NCBI GenBank assembly: GCA_965153355.1
Contig: OZ231126.1
Location: 3,782,001-3,846,000 of the forward strand
From: Flaccisagitta enflata
Taxonomy: Eukaryota
Length of the DNA: 64,000 bases
Direction: 5' to 3'
Part shown: in pieces, positions 1 through 12,129 of the stretch
Numbering within the stretch: the stretch's first letter is position 1
Layout: each line of letters begins with the position of its first letter
Made by a program: the position numbers and the translations under genes
Notes under the pieces: model-generated
Databases searched by the model: none
Told to the model about the DNA's origin: nothing
Seen by the model: only the letters and a program-made list of their open reading frames with translations

Positions 1-14
1 AGCCTTTGACTGAC

Positions 15-291
15 CTTTAGCTTCATCGACGAGATCTCGGCAAGGTAGAGATTGTTTGACTAGTTGATCCTTGGCCACGACATCGGCCAAAAAGGCGGGA
101 CTGAGCAACGGAAGTCGGACTAACGCCAAAAGACGCGGCAGCAAATCTCGTCTGCCATCTAAATCGTGAAGAGTCCAGTCGATAATCGAAGTGAAGACTT
201 GCTCTTCGGAGGGAATGTAAAGATCGTCGCGACCTACGATCAAGACAACGTCTTCGAACGACAACGTCAAGAATTCATCTTGATGCACCAC
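15..291 (-). CDS. KLHL18: KLHL18 coding exon 5 (BACK domain); gene continues beyond the left edge
   Basis: attcag|VVHQDEFLTLSFEDVVLIVGRDDLYIPSEEQVFTSIIDWTLHDLDGRRDLLPRLLALVRLPLLSPAFLADVVAKDQLVKQSLPCRDLVDEAK g|gtcagt; typical BACK motifs (SEEQVF, VRLPLL, CRDLVDEAK). Confidence 0.93.
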
Positions 292-354
292 CTGAATATT
301 GACAGACAAGGACGAAATTCGACCTTCGGATTAGCTCTCATTCGGCGACGGGAG

Positions 355-895
<541 letters not shown>

Positions 896-1035
896 GAGAC
901 AAACTTTTGCAATTGTTTGTAGTTTTGCAATTGTTTGTAGTTTTTCAACTGTTAGTAGTTAATCGACTGAACCGCGGCAGTGAGGTTGAATGATCAGCGT
1001 TGACCAACAGACTGACTGACTGACTGAATACTCAC

Positions 1036-1179
1036 CTCTGAGAAGTGATTAGCGATGAACTTGTTGGCCTTGTCGACTAAATCGCGGCAGTGGTGTTGAT
1101 CGCCGAATGCGCGAATCCCGATCACGTTGCGAGGTTGGAGGCGATCCACCAGAAACCCGCAACAAGCCTCTTTCACAGA
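1036..1179 (-). CDS. KLHL18: KLHL18 coding exon 4 (BTB end / BACK start)
   Basis: gtttcag|SVKEACCGFLVDRLQPRNVIGIRAFGDQHHCRDLVDKANKFIANHFSE|gtgagt; 144 nt. Confidence 0.93.
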
Positions 1180-1634
1180 CTGAAACACGAGGAGAGAGTA
1201 AGTGACCATTAAGAGAAAGACAATCCTTGAGCAGCTTGAGGAAGTGGTACCTAATCAGCAAACTTCTATTTTATGTAAGCTTTGATCAATGACGTTCCTG
1301 GCTAACAAACCACGCATGATTTCAACAAGTGACGTGGGGTCACAATATGGTCGCGGATGGGTGGGCAGGGGCATCCAACCCCCACTCCACACACACAAAA
1401 AGTATCTAAATTTTTTTTTTCACTTTCTGACTCGATCACGACGGACGAACGGACGGAGGGGCAAAGCCTCTCACAGTTGCGTGTCCGCAACAAAAAATGT
1501 ATTTGAGTCTTATTCTTGCAATGGCTTCTTGTACTTTTCGTCTAGCATTCATCGTTTAAGACGGTTCACTAAGTGTACATTGTCTTGTGTCCATTACCTT
1601 TAAACCTGTAAATATCATGTCTGGTGTCCATTAC

Positions 1635-1763
1635 CTTTAAATTCAAATAGGATGCGCCGACCAGCAGCGACTGTACATTGGACATGGTTATATGGACTTT
1701 TCCAGAATAGGCGAAATTCACGAGGGACTCCAATGCATCGGGTTCTATACTGGAAATGGTTAT
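1635..1763 (-). CDS. KLHL18: KLHL18 coding exon 3 (BTB)
   Basis: tttccccag|ITISSIEPDALESLVNFAYSGKVHITMSNVQSLLVGASYLNLK|gtaatg; 129 nt, phase 0/0. Confidence 0.93.
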
Positions 1764-1774
1764 CTGGGGAAAGA

Positions 1775-1807
1775 CAGACAGAGAAAGAGAAACCCAGAGA
1801 GAAAGAT

Positions 1808-1884
<77 letters not shown>
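1775..1884. repeat. (AG)n microsatellite abutting the KLHL18 exon 3 acceptor
   Basis: Visible directly; reads (CT)n on the sense strand. Confidence 0.95.
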
Positions 1885-1887
<3 letters not shown>

Positions 1888-2129
1888 GCAAAATGTGACA
1901 TAATTGAACCCCGCTCTAAAAGATCCGCCACTGAGGGAATTCCGCTTTAAGCAAAAACAAATTCAGTCCCTGTTTTCTCTTTTATTTCCTCCTTAGGCTA
2001 TGACAAAATTCCACCTATAACAGAGTGGAATTTTAATGTACATGAACTATTTATCAAATTCGGGATTGAAACAATTTAAATCATGTGGCAACTAGGCACA
2101 ATCAGGTGGCGACAGGGCCCAGATCTAAC

Positions 2130-2234
2130 CTCGTCTTGTTTCGCCTCGCGCATGTCGTTGAGAAACATGGCATGGAAGTAAGGCACAGTTGCTGCCAAAA
2201 CAATCCGGTGAGCACATATTGTCTTCGGTCCCAC
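2130..2234 (-). CDS. KLHL18: KLHL18 coding exon 2 (BTB)
   Basis: ttaccag|[35 protein letters not shown]|gttaga; canonical [16 protein letters not shown] motif. Confidence 0.93.
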
Positions 2235-2528
2235 CTGGTAAAGCCATAGATAAAAGATCTCAAACCTTTTTTTCTGACCCGAGTTTTTTAATCAACCTAT
2301 ACGTGGGTCGGCACGCTCTTCTTTGCAGCCAAGTCAAAGAATATTTCTGCTTTCTATAATGTAAGTAAACTTTCTGTCATGACAGTCCGTCGATTGAAGG
2401 GCATGAGGACCGCAAAAGGTTCTTGAGTCGCACCGAGTCGCATCGTGGCCTTTCGACAATACTTGGATTACTCAATTTTCGCCGATTGCTTCCAGGGTAG
2501 ACAAAAGCTGTCGGCTCTTTCAATGCTA

Positions 2529-3129
2529 CAGGGTGAACACTCTCAAATGCAAAAAAGTATTAAGCTTTTACTCCTAGATGAATTATCTTCTAGACTGGGA
2601 ATTATTTTTTTCTTAAAGTACTATATTTGACATTTATTGTATAAAAAATTCATTAGTCTGAGTTTAATAGTTTGTTCATACTATCAGTTTGAAGTAAAAT
2701 GAGTATTTTTAGTTTGAGCTCGAATATTCACTTTTTTTGTCAGGGCAGTTTTTTCATAAAATGTTCTGATATTTTAACAGCTAAAGCCATCAGTACCAAA
2801 TTGGTTTCAAATGAAAAAATCTCAAATAATTGTCCATTTGAGACCAATCTGGTATCTATACCTCAAGCTGTCTTCAAACAAGAACAAATCAAAGAAAATC
2901 TCCCCTGATGAAAGAAGACGAATTTAAGCTGAAAATGAACGTCTTCTGGAAATGCCTTTTTTACTTCAATTTGATGTTGCGGGCAAAACATTTAACTCAG
3001 ACCCATGAAATTTTGATACAATAAACGTCAAACATAGTACTTTAAGATAAAAATGGTTCCAGACCATGAAGATGATGCATCTAAGAGTAAAAGCTTAATA
3101 CTTTTTTGCATTTGACAATGTTCACACTG
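2529..3129. mobile_element. Tc1/mariner-type MITE with long TIRs, in KLHL18 intron 1
   Basis: TA|CAGGGTGAACACTCTCAAATGCAAAAAAGTATTAAGCTTTTACTC... and ...GAGTAAAAGCTTAATACTTTTTTGCATTTGACAATGTTCACACTG|TA; imperfect inverted match over >100 bp; TA flanks. Confidence 0.85.
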
Positions 3130-3279
3130 TACGTTCGCTATTAGTCGGTCCGTCAATACGACCCGACAATTCGACCGATTTCTCGAAAAACGCCTTGATC
3201 TCCACGTGCAACTTTTGAAGCTGATCTGGTCATTCGGGAAAGCCTTGTATTAAGTTGTATCGCGAATTGCGTTTTGTAC

Positions 3280-3402
3280 CTTCAAAGACACGTCACAGAG
3301 TTTGGAGTCTCTTCTGATTTGCTCCATGACCGGATAGCCCTCAAGAGGCAGATTGTCCACCGCAAACATAAAGCTAGCGCTCTTTGAGTTTGTTTCCTCC
3401 AT
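3280..3402 (-). CDS. KLHL18: Kelch-like protein 18, coding exon 1 (start of BTB)
   Basis: ATG at 3402 with an in-frame TAA shortly upstream; MEETNSKSASFMFAVDNLPLEGYPVMEQIRRDSKLCDVSLK resembles KLHL18 ([24 protein letters not shown]); donor AAG|GTACAA, phase 0. Confidence 0.88.
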
Positions 3403-5982
3403 CGTTGAGGTTTAGTTGGGACCAGAAGTCGGCAAATACAGAGAAATATCGTCACTCATTGGAATCTTTTAGGTCTCAAACTGTTCTGCGCTCGTAGTTC
3501 TAGTTTCAAGTGATTGATCCCCAAAACTAATTCACTCGAGTCCATCAGATCACATTGACCAGTCTTCACATCCATGCCGGACCTCATACACTGCAATTAT
3601 GACAACAGGCAACATGGAAGAAATGCAGTAGAGTATCGAAGCTGACTATGGAAACACGTTTGAAATTAACTGCTAAGTATTTTTCTTTCAAAAGACCTGT
3701 ATCATGCAGGCGACCCTGCATTCTAGTGCTAGCTACAAACCCTATGAGACTTTGATGCCATGAAATACAAAGGACTACATTCGCATCTGAAACTCGACAG
3801 ACGATCCCAATCCTCCCCTAGCTAGCAAAGTTACACAAATAAATGTCTACTTGAATTACATCATCATCACGACTGACTACAGATTGAAGATAAACACTCT
3901 CTGGACTTTCATGAAAAATAGCACGCAAGAACTGAATCTATCCAGAATTTCCACCCGATCGCGTAGGAGGCGTTAACGCGTGAGGCATTCATGAGTCCAC
4001 GAGTACATCGCTCAGAAGGGCGACGTCAAATGATCTTTTTAAAGAAGCTAAACTGTTAGGAAGCAAAAGTCCTGCTGCAACAAAATATGAGACACCATAA
4101 TTATCGAAACGAAGAAACTTCAATAATAACGACGTTATTGAACTGAAAATCACGGTTTACTTGTTTACTGTTTTATATAAGCGAGATCTCTCTGAACGTG
4201 GGTGGCGAGGACGCCAAAGTTTTGGATACTACGGCCGAGAAACGTGCTCCCAACCTCGACAAATATTTGGCTGATATCCTCTCAATATCACTGATACGAA
4301 TCTTCGCTTCATAAGCAGACAGTTATTGGCAAAGTAATGAAACGAAATGAGAGAAACCAGTGTATCCCGATCCATCGTTGGATAGATTTATATTTTCTCA
4401 TTAGCGATGAACAAAACACATAACGAAATGAACGTGCGTATGTATACGCGTAGTAATTATTTTTCCGTATCAATCAACGGGCGACGAAAGGAAACATATT
4501 TACAAAATGAATGAAATGTTGAAAACAAGAAACTGAGAAAGGTTTACTTGTGAAGGTAATTCTTGAGAGATGATACATAGTAATTAATGCAATATTTGTA
4601 TATTGACCAAGATGGATTCTATCAAAGAAGCAGTATTCACTAAAACGTTTCGAGGAAGAAATGTTCTTACGACAAACAAAATTTCAAAAGCCTTGAATTA
4701 ACTATGGGAATATGCAAATACAAAGGATAACTATCGTGACTTTAAACTGGGATCCTCAGTAGTCGGCAGGGGACATCACTACGGCTTTGATCGAGAATCA
4801 TTTTGCGTTAAATGAGCCGAACCTAAAGACTGATATATCAAATTACAAAATATATGCATCAACAAGATGTACATTTATACATTGACAAGAAGGAAATATG
4901 AAAGGCTAGATGGCCAAATACAAGTAAACAAAGTAATGCGTTCTTGTTAAACCAGCTTAACTATGCGTGGTTACAGAGGGGAATATCTTTTATTTTTCAT
5001 AATTTGTAAGTGTGAGTTCCGGGATTATTCAAATCGTAGGCCAATACTCCCCCCACAAATCGTAGGACATCTTCTCGCCTATTTCTTGACGCGCCGCGCG
5101 GCGCACCTACCATTAGCTTCTGCTAGGCTTGTTCTCGGTTACTTCGGCTCATCTTCGGCTAGTTGATTTTCTATAGCAAGAAGGAACAAAAACCGAAAAA
5201 CACAAAAGCACAAAAAATGGAAACAAAAGCATAGAAAAAACTTTTTTTCAAATTGGGAAGGTGGTATTTGTTGGTGAAAAAAAAAAAGCTTTTCATGAAG
5301 AAATGGATTAACTGGGAAACCGAATGAGAGGATTCTCATGTTCTTTCTTCCACGATTTTTTTTTCAAAGAAGTTTTTCAAAGACAGTCGTCCCTATTCCA
5401 GCATTTCAGTCATGAATGCTACGATTTTTTTTTTTTTTAAAGAGACCGCACTCCGATTGTTGTCCACGTGTAAACATACCAACTCCGGGCTGCGCAACCC
5501 GACGGTGGCTTCTATATCTACCGTTTTCAATTTTCGACATTAACAGAGAAAACTGCACTGTAGGGGAGGAAGCGGGTTAGAATATTAACAAAATGATAAA
5601 CAACACTCAAAATGAATGAAAAATGTCAAATTTGCCTATATAAATTTGTGAAACACAAAGAAAATGGACATCTCTCGAACATCCTTTCGTACAAACCTTC
5701 CAAATCAATGGAAATCCTCTCTCTCAACGCCGCATCTCTCTTTTTCTCGAGAGGCAAACGAAAAACCAACTACGAATTTGGCATCTACTCGTGTCTCTCT
5801 CTGTAGCTGTTTCTAACCTCGAAACAGCCCAACGCTTTACGCAAGTCACACACATTGGCACAAATAGGAAATTCACTCGCTTATATATATATATATATAT
5901 ATATCTCTGATTAACCTTACCAATTACATCAACGATAAACACGTTCTCACTCTTGGTTGCCGTCGCCGGTTCCACGCGCGCG

Positions 5983-8900
5983 TCACTCAGGGTCGACGCC
6001 GTCCGCGCTGGTGTTGGCGGCGCCGTCTTTGCTCTTCTTCTTGCCGACTTTATTCTTCTTCTGCTTCTTGCTGGCGGCCAGTTGGGCTTCCAACGCCTCC
6101 AACTCCTTCTTCAGGTTGGCCAACTTTTGCTCCGAGCTCGAGTCTTTGGCCTTCTTCGGCTTTGGAGGCGCCGCGTCTTCCGATGCCGCTTCCGCCGACG
6201 CTGCCGCTTCCTTCCGCTTCCGCTCCTTCCTTTCCTTCTCCTTTTCGGCCGCCGCCGCAGCCGCCGCCGCCGCCGCTTCGGCTTTCTTCTTCTTCTCCGC
6301 CGCCGCCGCCGCCGCAACCGCAGCCGCCGCCGCTTCCGCCTTTTCCTTCTCCTCCGCTTCTTCCCTTTCCTGCATCCTCCTCATTTGCTCCTCTCTCTCG
6401 CGTTTCGCTCTCTCCTTCCGTTCTTCCTTCTTCTGTTGGATTCTCTTCGCTTCCGCCGCGGCTTTCTCCTGCAGTTCCTTCGCAGCCGCCGCAGCAGCCG
6501 CTTTTTTCGACGACCTTTCTTCCTTCTCCTCTTCACTGTCTGAGGCGGCGGCGTTGTTGTTGTTCTTGGTCATTTTGACGACTCGTTCTTCTTCCACCTG
6601 TTGGTCTTCCACGGAAGTCCAGCCGCTGCGGACAAACTTTTGACTGTCCTTGTTTCCTTCCTCCTCCTCCTCTTCCTTCGCCTCCTCATCCCTCTCTTCG
6701 CTTCGTCTTTTCTTCTGCTTCTTATTCTTCTTGCCGCTTTTCTCCTTCCTTTCCTCCCTTTCTTCTTCCTCCTCTTCGGAATACGATGATTCGGAGTCTT
6801 CTTCCTCTCTCCTACTCTTCTTCTTCTTCTCCTCGCGTCGGCTTCGCTCGCGTTTGTCCCAGTAGTCTTCTTGATCACTCCACTCGTCCTCGTCTTTGTT
6901 GGTTCGATGATGTTTGTGTTGCTGCTTCTTCCTCTTTTTGTCTTTCGACGATGGCTGTTGTTGTTGTTCCGCTTCTCCTCCTCCTCCTCCTCCTCCGCTG
7001 ATTCCGAAGATCATCCTCTGTTCCTTCACCTTCCAATCTTCCACTTCCTCCTCACCACCACCACCACGTCCTCCTCCGTACCACCCTCCTCTTCCTCCTC
7101 TGCCTCCTCTTCCACCCCGTCCTCTTCCTCCTCCTCCTCCGCCAAAGTAATTATCCTTGTCGATTCTGCCAGTCTTCAAGTCGACTCTGTGTTTGTTGGT
7201 GACTCTCGGGTCGGGTGGCGGTGGTGGAGGCGTCTCGCTTCTGTCTCTTCTATCTCGGCTTCTGTCTCTATGATCGCGACCCCCACGATCTCTCTGATCC
7301 TTTTCCTTCATCATTCTCCTCTCTTCCTCCTTCTTTTGTCTCTCCTTTTCCTCCTCTTTCGCTTTCCGTCTCGCTTCTCTCTCCCTCGCTTTGGCCTCTT
7401 CTTCCTCTTCCTTCTTCTTTTGCTTCTCGGGGGCTCCAACGCGGCACCATCGACCTCCGATGAACTTCCAATTGTCTTCGGATTGCGTCGTTGTTTCCTC
7501 CACCGCCGCCGCCGTCGCTGTCGTCGCTGCCGTTTCCGCCACACCGCCAGCAGCCTCTCGCGTCGGCGTCGACGTCGACGATTCGGCCTTCGGTATGGCG
7601 CTGTGACGATAAAACACTCCCTCGTGCCACTTGCCTTCCTCCTCGTACTTGGCCAGGGCGGCTGGCTGTTGCTGTTGCTGTTGTTGTTGCTCCGGTTGCG
7701 CCATGTCGTCCAACTCGACTGGATAGTAGAAATCATCGGCTGCGGGCACCGCCGTCGCCGCGGCTGACGCCGCTGTCGTCACCTCGACGGCGGCGTCTTT
7801 CTTCGGCTGCGTCGTCACCTGGAATCGTTGCTCATCACCTCGAACAAACGTCGGGAAATTCCAATTCTTCGGCTTCTTCGGCTGTTGCTGTTGCTGTTGT
7901 TGGTGGTCTTCATCATCATCATCATCCTCGCGCCATTCCTTTTCGTCGCCGACGTTGTCGTCATCCTGCTCCGCGTCACGCCGAGGCTGCTGCTGTTGCT
8001 GCTGCTGGCGACGAATTTGTGGCTGTTGTTGCGTCGTCGTCACCGTCGTCGCCGCGGGTTGTTGTTGTTGTTGTTGTTGTTGTTTGGAGTAGGCCTCTTC
8101 TTCCTCGAAGCTGTCCCTCTCGATTTGGTCCCAATTCATGCTCTGATAAAGAAGATCCTTGGGCACTCGATGCACCTCGAATTGTCCCGTCGACTCGAGC
8201 CTCTCCACGTACTCTTCGGCGAACCTCTCGACAGCTTCGACGCCGCCGTCGCGGAACAGCGTCTTGGCTCGGTTGAGGACCCACTTGGTCTTGTTGCGGA
8301 GGACGACGTACTGCTGCTTGGCGTGATGCAGATGCTTCTTGTCGTCGATGACGTTGTGGACGCCCAAATTCCGCTCCTTTTGGTCAAACTCCCGTTTCAG
8401 ACGCAACAATCGCACAAACGCGTCTTTCCGCTGAGACGCCAACGCCGCCACCGTCGACACTTTCGCCCAACCGAACTCGTCGATCACCACCGCCGCCGCC
8501 GCCGCCGGTGCCGCCACCATCCCGCCATCCTGCTGCTGCGACACCACCCCCGCCGCGACAACACCACCACCAACGCTTCCAACACCCACATCGGCGCGCT
8601 TTTTCAACGCCGCCCTTCGGCGCCGTTTGAAACTCAACCACTCTTCCTGATCGACTCGGAAAAGCGCCGTACCCACGTGACGCTTATCTGCGGTACCTAA
8701 GGAAGAAGAAGAAGAACTGCCCTGGGAAAGGAAAGAAGCATCATCGAAATAATCATCGTCATACGCGCACAAAAAGTCCATCGGCACATTCATCGGGATG
8801 TGCGGGCATTCGGGTCGCATCAGCGCCGAACAGCATTGATAATAAGAGTCCGATTGGTAAAACAAGTCCCGATGTTCGTCCAACTGCGGTTTCTTCCTCG

Positions 8901-9273
8901 ACCATCCCGGCGCCGCGGGGATGTGAGGTTGACGACGCGGTGGAGGTGGAGGAGGAGGCGGCGTCGGCAATGGAGATCCCGGCTTCTTCGTCTCCAACCA
9001 TTTGATCTTCGGATTCTTCGGTTTCGGCTCGGGTTCCGGTTCCGCCGGCGCGGGACTGTCGAAACGCTGCTGTTGCTGTTGCAACGGCTGTTGCTGTTGT
9101 TGCTGCGGCTTGGGTTCCACAACAGGCGGCGCTGCTTCGACAAACGCCGGTCTGGTGAACGGCGGCTGAATCGAGGAAGAAGACGCGTCTGATGTCGGTT
9201 TGTGATACTGACTGATGTTGACCGTGACGTCATCATCATCAGAGTCGGATTCCTCCTCGTCGGTCGCCGCGCC
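5983..9273 (-). CDS. Large uninterrupted ORF (~1096 codons), uncharacterised Q/E/K/A/P-rich low-complexity protein; probably a terminal exon with no ATG start
   Basis: Track ORF 5983-9120 (GTG start) extends in frame to 9273 (GAATDEEESDSDDDDVTVNISQYHK...); GC-rich versus flanks; one ordered-looking segment (DEFGWAKVS...YQSMNWDQIE), an RGG tract and a C-terminal coiled coil; no family recognised. Confidence 0.7.
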   Translation of the reverse strand, partial: GAATDEEESDSDDDDVTVNISQYHKPTSDASSSSIQPPFTRPAFVEAAPPVVEPKPQQQQQQPLQQQQQRFDSPAPAEPEPEPKPKNPKIKWLETKKPGSPLPTPPPPPPPPRRQPHIPAAPGWSRKKPQLDEHRDLFYQSDSYYQCCSALMRPECPHIPMNVPMDFLCAYDDDYFDDASFLSQGSSSSSSLGTADKRHVGTALFRVDQEEWLSFKRRRRAALKKRADVGVGSVGGGVVAAGVVSQQQDGGMVAAPAAAAAVVIDEFGWAKVSTVAALASQRKDAFVRLLRLKREFDQKERNLGVHNVIDDKKHLHHAKQQYVVLRNKTKWVLNRAKTLFRDGGVEAVERFAEEYVERLESTGQFEVHRVPKDLLYQSMNWDQIERDSFEEEEAYSKQQQQQQQQPAATTVTTTQQQPQIRRQQQQQQQPRRDAEQDDDNVGDEKEWREDDDDDEDHQQQQQQQPKKPKNWNFPTFVRGDEQRFQVTTQPKKDAAVEVTTAASAAATAVPAADDFYYPVELDDMAQPEQQQQQQQQPAALAKYEEEGKWHEGVFYRHSAIPKAESSTSTPTREAAGGVAETAATTATAAAVEETTTQSEDNWKFIGGRWCRVGAPEKQKKKEEEEEAKAREREARRKAKEEEKERQKKEEERRMMKEKDQRDRGGRDHRDRSRDRRDRSETPPPPPPDPRVTNKHRVDLKTGRIDKDNYFGGGGGGRGRGGRGGRGGRGGWYGGGRGGGGEEEVEDWKVKEQRMIFGISGGGGGGGEAEQQQQPSSKDKKRKKQQHKHHRTNKDEDEWSDQEDYWDKRERSRREEKKKKSRREEEDSESSYSEEEEEEREERKEKSGKKNKKQKKRRSEERDEEAKEEEEEEGNKDSQKFVRSGWTSVEDQQVEEERVVKMTKNNNNAAASDSEEEKEERSSKKAAAAAAAKELQEKAAAEAKRIQQKKEERKERAKREREEQMRRMQEREEAEEKEKAEAAAAAVAAAAAAEKKKKAEAAAAAAAAAAEKEKERKERKRKEAAASAEAASEDAAPPKPKKAKDSSSEQKLANLKKELEALEAQLAASKKQKKNKVGKKKSKDGAANTSADGVDPE

Positions 9274-9275
9274 TT

Positions 9276-9655
9276 AGGATTTAGGTCTATGAGGCAAGAA
9301 CCTAGGTCTTGGAGGTCAGAATCTGGGTCCCAAAGGTCAGGATCTGGGTCTCTGTGGCTAGGATGTGGGTTTTAGGAGCCATAATCTAAGTTGAAGGGGC
9401 CAAAATGAAAGAACTCAGGCCAGAATTCAGGTTTGCTAGCCAATTTTGGGCCCATTTTGTCTGGTCTTGGGCTATTTTGCCAGGATTTGGCCCATTTTGG
9501 CTGGATTTGGGCCATTTTGCTTGGATTTGGGCAGTACAGTTTGGATTTGGGCCCCAAAGGGGCTCAGCCACAATGGTGAGGAGGAGGGACGTGCGTACGG
9601 ACGGACAGATTTGTGTTCTACGGGACTTCGTCCCCCTCCGGGGCCATGTCCAGCT
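9276..9655 (-). mobile_element. 5' part of a HINE family B element abutting the large ORF
   Basis: Carries the family motif GGCCCCGGAGGGGGACGAAGTCCCGTAGAACAC, a GTCC repeat and a degenerate ~21 bp subrepeat array. Confidence 0.65.
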
Positions 9656-10130
9656 AAAACATTGCTTGCTTGATACTTGATTGATGCTTGTCAAATGCTT
9701 ACATAATGCTTAGTTCATGCTTACTTGATACGGTCAACGCCATAGGCCCAAACCACCATCAGATGAAGATAAAAAGCTGGCTACTTCATTGATGCTTATC
9801 AAATGCTTACATAATTCTTAGTTAATTCTTACTTGTTACGGTCAACGCCATAGGCCCAAACCACCATCAGATGAAGATAAAAAGCTAAAACATTGCTTGC
9901 TTGATACTTAATTGATGCTTATCATATGCTTACATAATTCTTAGTTAATGCTTACTTGATACGGTCAACGCCATAGGCCCAAACCACCATCAGATGAAAA
10001 TAAAAAGTTAAAACATTGCTTGCTTTATACTTAGTTGATGCTTATCTTAAGCTAACATAATTCTTAGTTAATGCTTACTTGATACGGTCAACGCCATAGG
10101 CCCAAACCACCATCAGATAAAAATAATAGT
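9655..10130. repeat. Tandem repeat, ~107-124 bp unit, 4 copies
   Basis: CGGTCAACGCCATAGGCCCAAACCACCATCAGAT recurs at ~9731, 9839, 9962, 10085. Confidence 0.92.
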
Positions 10131-10778
10131 CACAAAAGCGTTAGATGATCAGCAAAACCCGTTGCCCCTAAGTGAGTGTATGTGGGCAAACGTCGCCATC
10201 AGCCAATCACAAGACACGGCTCTGAAGGGCGAAGGGGAGCGGAGAAAACAAATCAACCAATCTTATGACACGGCCCTAAGGAGAGGGGAGTAAAAAATGA
10301 GCTTTGGGGTGAGAAAAAAAAACATCCTGAGGCATATCACAACCAAGAAAGACAGTGGCCAATTTGATGCATTATCCACGAAATTTTGAAAAAGTTGCTA
10401 CGGATTAACCTTGTCAATTTCCCATACTATCTCGAATTTCCCATACCATGTCAGTTTCCCTTACTAAGTACGTTTTCAACAAAATTTCACTCCTTATCAA
10501 AATTTCACTCCATATCAAAATTTCACTCCATATCAATTCCTAATTCTATGACAATTTTTTATACAATATGAGTATCAATTTTCCACATTATGTCAATTCT
10601 ACACCATTTCAACTTTCCAATCAAGGTCACTTCCCCACACCACGACGGTCCCCCACATTATAACAATTTCCGTTGGAGAAACACCAAAACACTGGTTGCT
10701 TAGGAGAAGCTCATATTCTTTTAGTCTTAGGGAAATCAATCTTTTTTTCAAAATAATTTTTTTACTAATTAGAAGATA

Positions 10779-10968
10779 AACAAGGCCGGATACACGGCTA
10801 CCGAAGTCGCGTGCGGGTGGGCAGGGGTCATATTTGAGGTCTGCAGACCATTTGGGCAGGAGCAGGGACGTCAAAGTAATAAAATCAAAAAAAAAAGTAA
10901 AGTGTGACCAACGGACCCAGCAACCGATGGACAAAGCGGGTTGTAGAGTCACGTGCACGCGACTAAAA
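10779..10968 (-). mobile_element. HINE/DINE-1-like non-autonomous element, family A
   Basis: AACAAGGCCGGATACACGGC hairpin end, CGGGTGGGCAGGGG core, AGTCACGTGCACGCGACT terminal palindrome followed by an A-run. Confidence 0.7.
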
Positions 10969-11134
10969 AGTCTCCCATGCTTTAGGCTGGTAAGATAACA
11001 AAACATTCAGCTGGAATTCTTTGGAAAGACCCAATCAGGCAAGTATTTTGATCAGCCAAAGCCGTGATAAAATAAAAACAAAACAATTAGAAGAGCGATG
11101 CTGATGATCTGAGACTGAGATGTTTTATACTCAC

Positions 11135-11288
11135 ACGCCGTCTGGATCGGTTTTGTAGACTTTGTTTCTGATTGAGATATGCAAAAAGGACCAAAAAACG
11201 ATTTTGAGAAGAATCGAGAAAATTAATTGAGAATGGATTTTGTTGCGGAGACATCGAAGGGAACGGAAATAGCCGAAGATCAGCAATG
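11135..11288 (-). CDS. Class B (secretin-family) GPCR exon, TM1 end-ICL1-TM2
   Basis: ttctcattctcag|ca-LLIFGYFRSLRCLRNKIHSQLIFSILLKIVFWSFLHISIRNKVYKTDPDG-gt|gtgagt; FRSLRCLRNKIH is the class B ICL1/TM2 signature (CRF/calcitonin/diuretic hormone receptor-like). Confidence 0.85.
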
Positions 11289-11299
11289 CTGAGAATGAG

Positions 11300-12065
11300 A
11301 AAAGAATGAATGAATGAATGAATGAATGAATGAAAGAAATAATGAATGAATGAATGAATGAATGAATGAATGAATGAATGAATGAATGAATGAATGAATG
11401 AATGAATGAATGAATGAATGAATGAATGAATGAATGAATGAATGAATGAATGAATGAATGAATGAATGAATGAATGAATGAATGAATGAATGAATGAATG
11501 AATGAATGAATGAATGAATGAATGAAAGAATGAAAGAATGAATGAATGAATGAATGAATGAATGAATGAATGAATGAATGAATGAATGAATGAATGAATG
11601 AATGAATGAATGAATGAATGAATGAATGAATGAATGAATGAATGGAATGAATGAATGAATAAATGAATGAATGAATGAATGAATGAATGGATGAATGAAT
11701 GAATGGATGAATGAATGTATGAATGAATGAATCAATGAAGGATGAATGAATGAACGAACGAATTAATGAATAAATGAATGAATGAATAACAAATGAATGA
11801 ATGGTTCAATGAATGAATGAATGAATGAATGAATGAATGAATGAATGAATGAATGAATGAGTAGTTTAATGATTGAATTCAAGAACGAATGAATGATTGA
11901 ATGAATGAATGAATGAATGAATGAATGAATGAATGAATGAAGGAATGAATGATTGAATGAATGAATAAATAAACGAATGAATGATGGAATGATGGAATGA
12001 ATGAATGAATGAATGAATGGTTGAATAAATGGTTGGATGGTTGAATGATTGAATTCATGAATGAT
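11300..12065. repeat. (GAAT)n microsatellite
   Basis: Visible directly. Confidence 0.97.
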
Positions 12066-12129
12066 TGAAAAAAAGAGTGAATGAACTAGCAGATCAGTGT
12101 ATTTCCATGACTGTAGCCCCCTGTTTGCT

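Noticed and set aside
3403-5560. Additional coding exons upstream of KLHL18 (e.g. 5111-5170 with good splice signals)
   Set aside because: An in-frame stop precedes the KLHL18 ATG and the frames are short; probably 5' UTR exons, unprovable without RNA data.
5953-9239. Overlapping plus-strand and alternate-frame ORFs
   Set aside because: Shadow frames of the GC-rich low-complexity minus-strand ORF.
11280-11735. (IHSF)n ORFs (also 16479-17264)
   Set aside because: Translations of (TTCA)n microsatellites.
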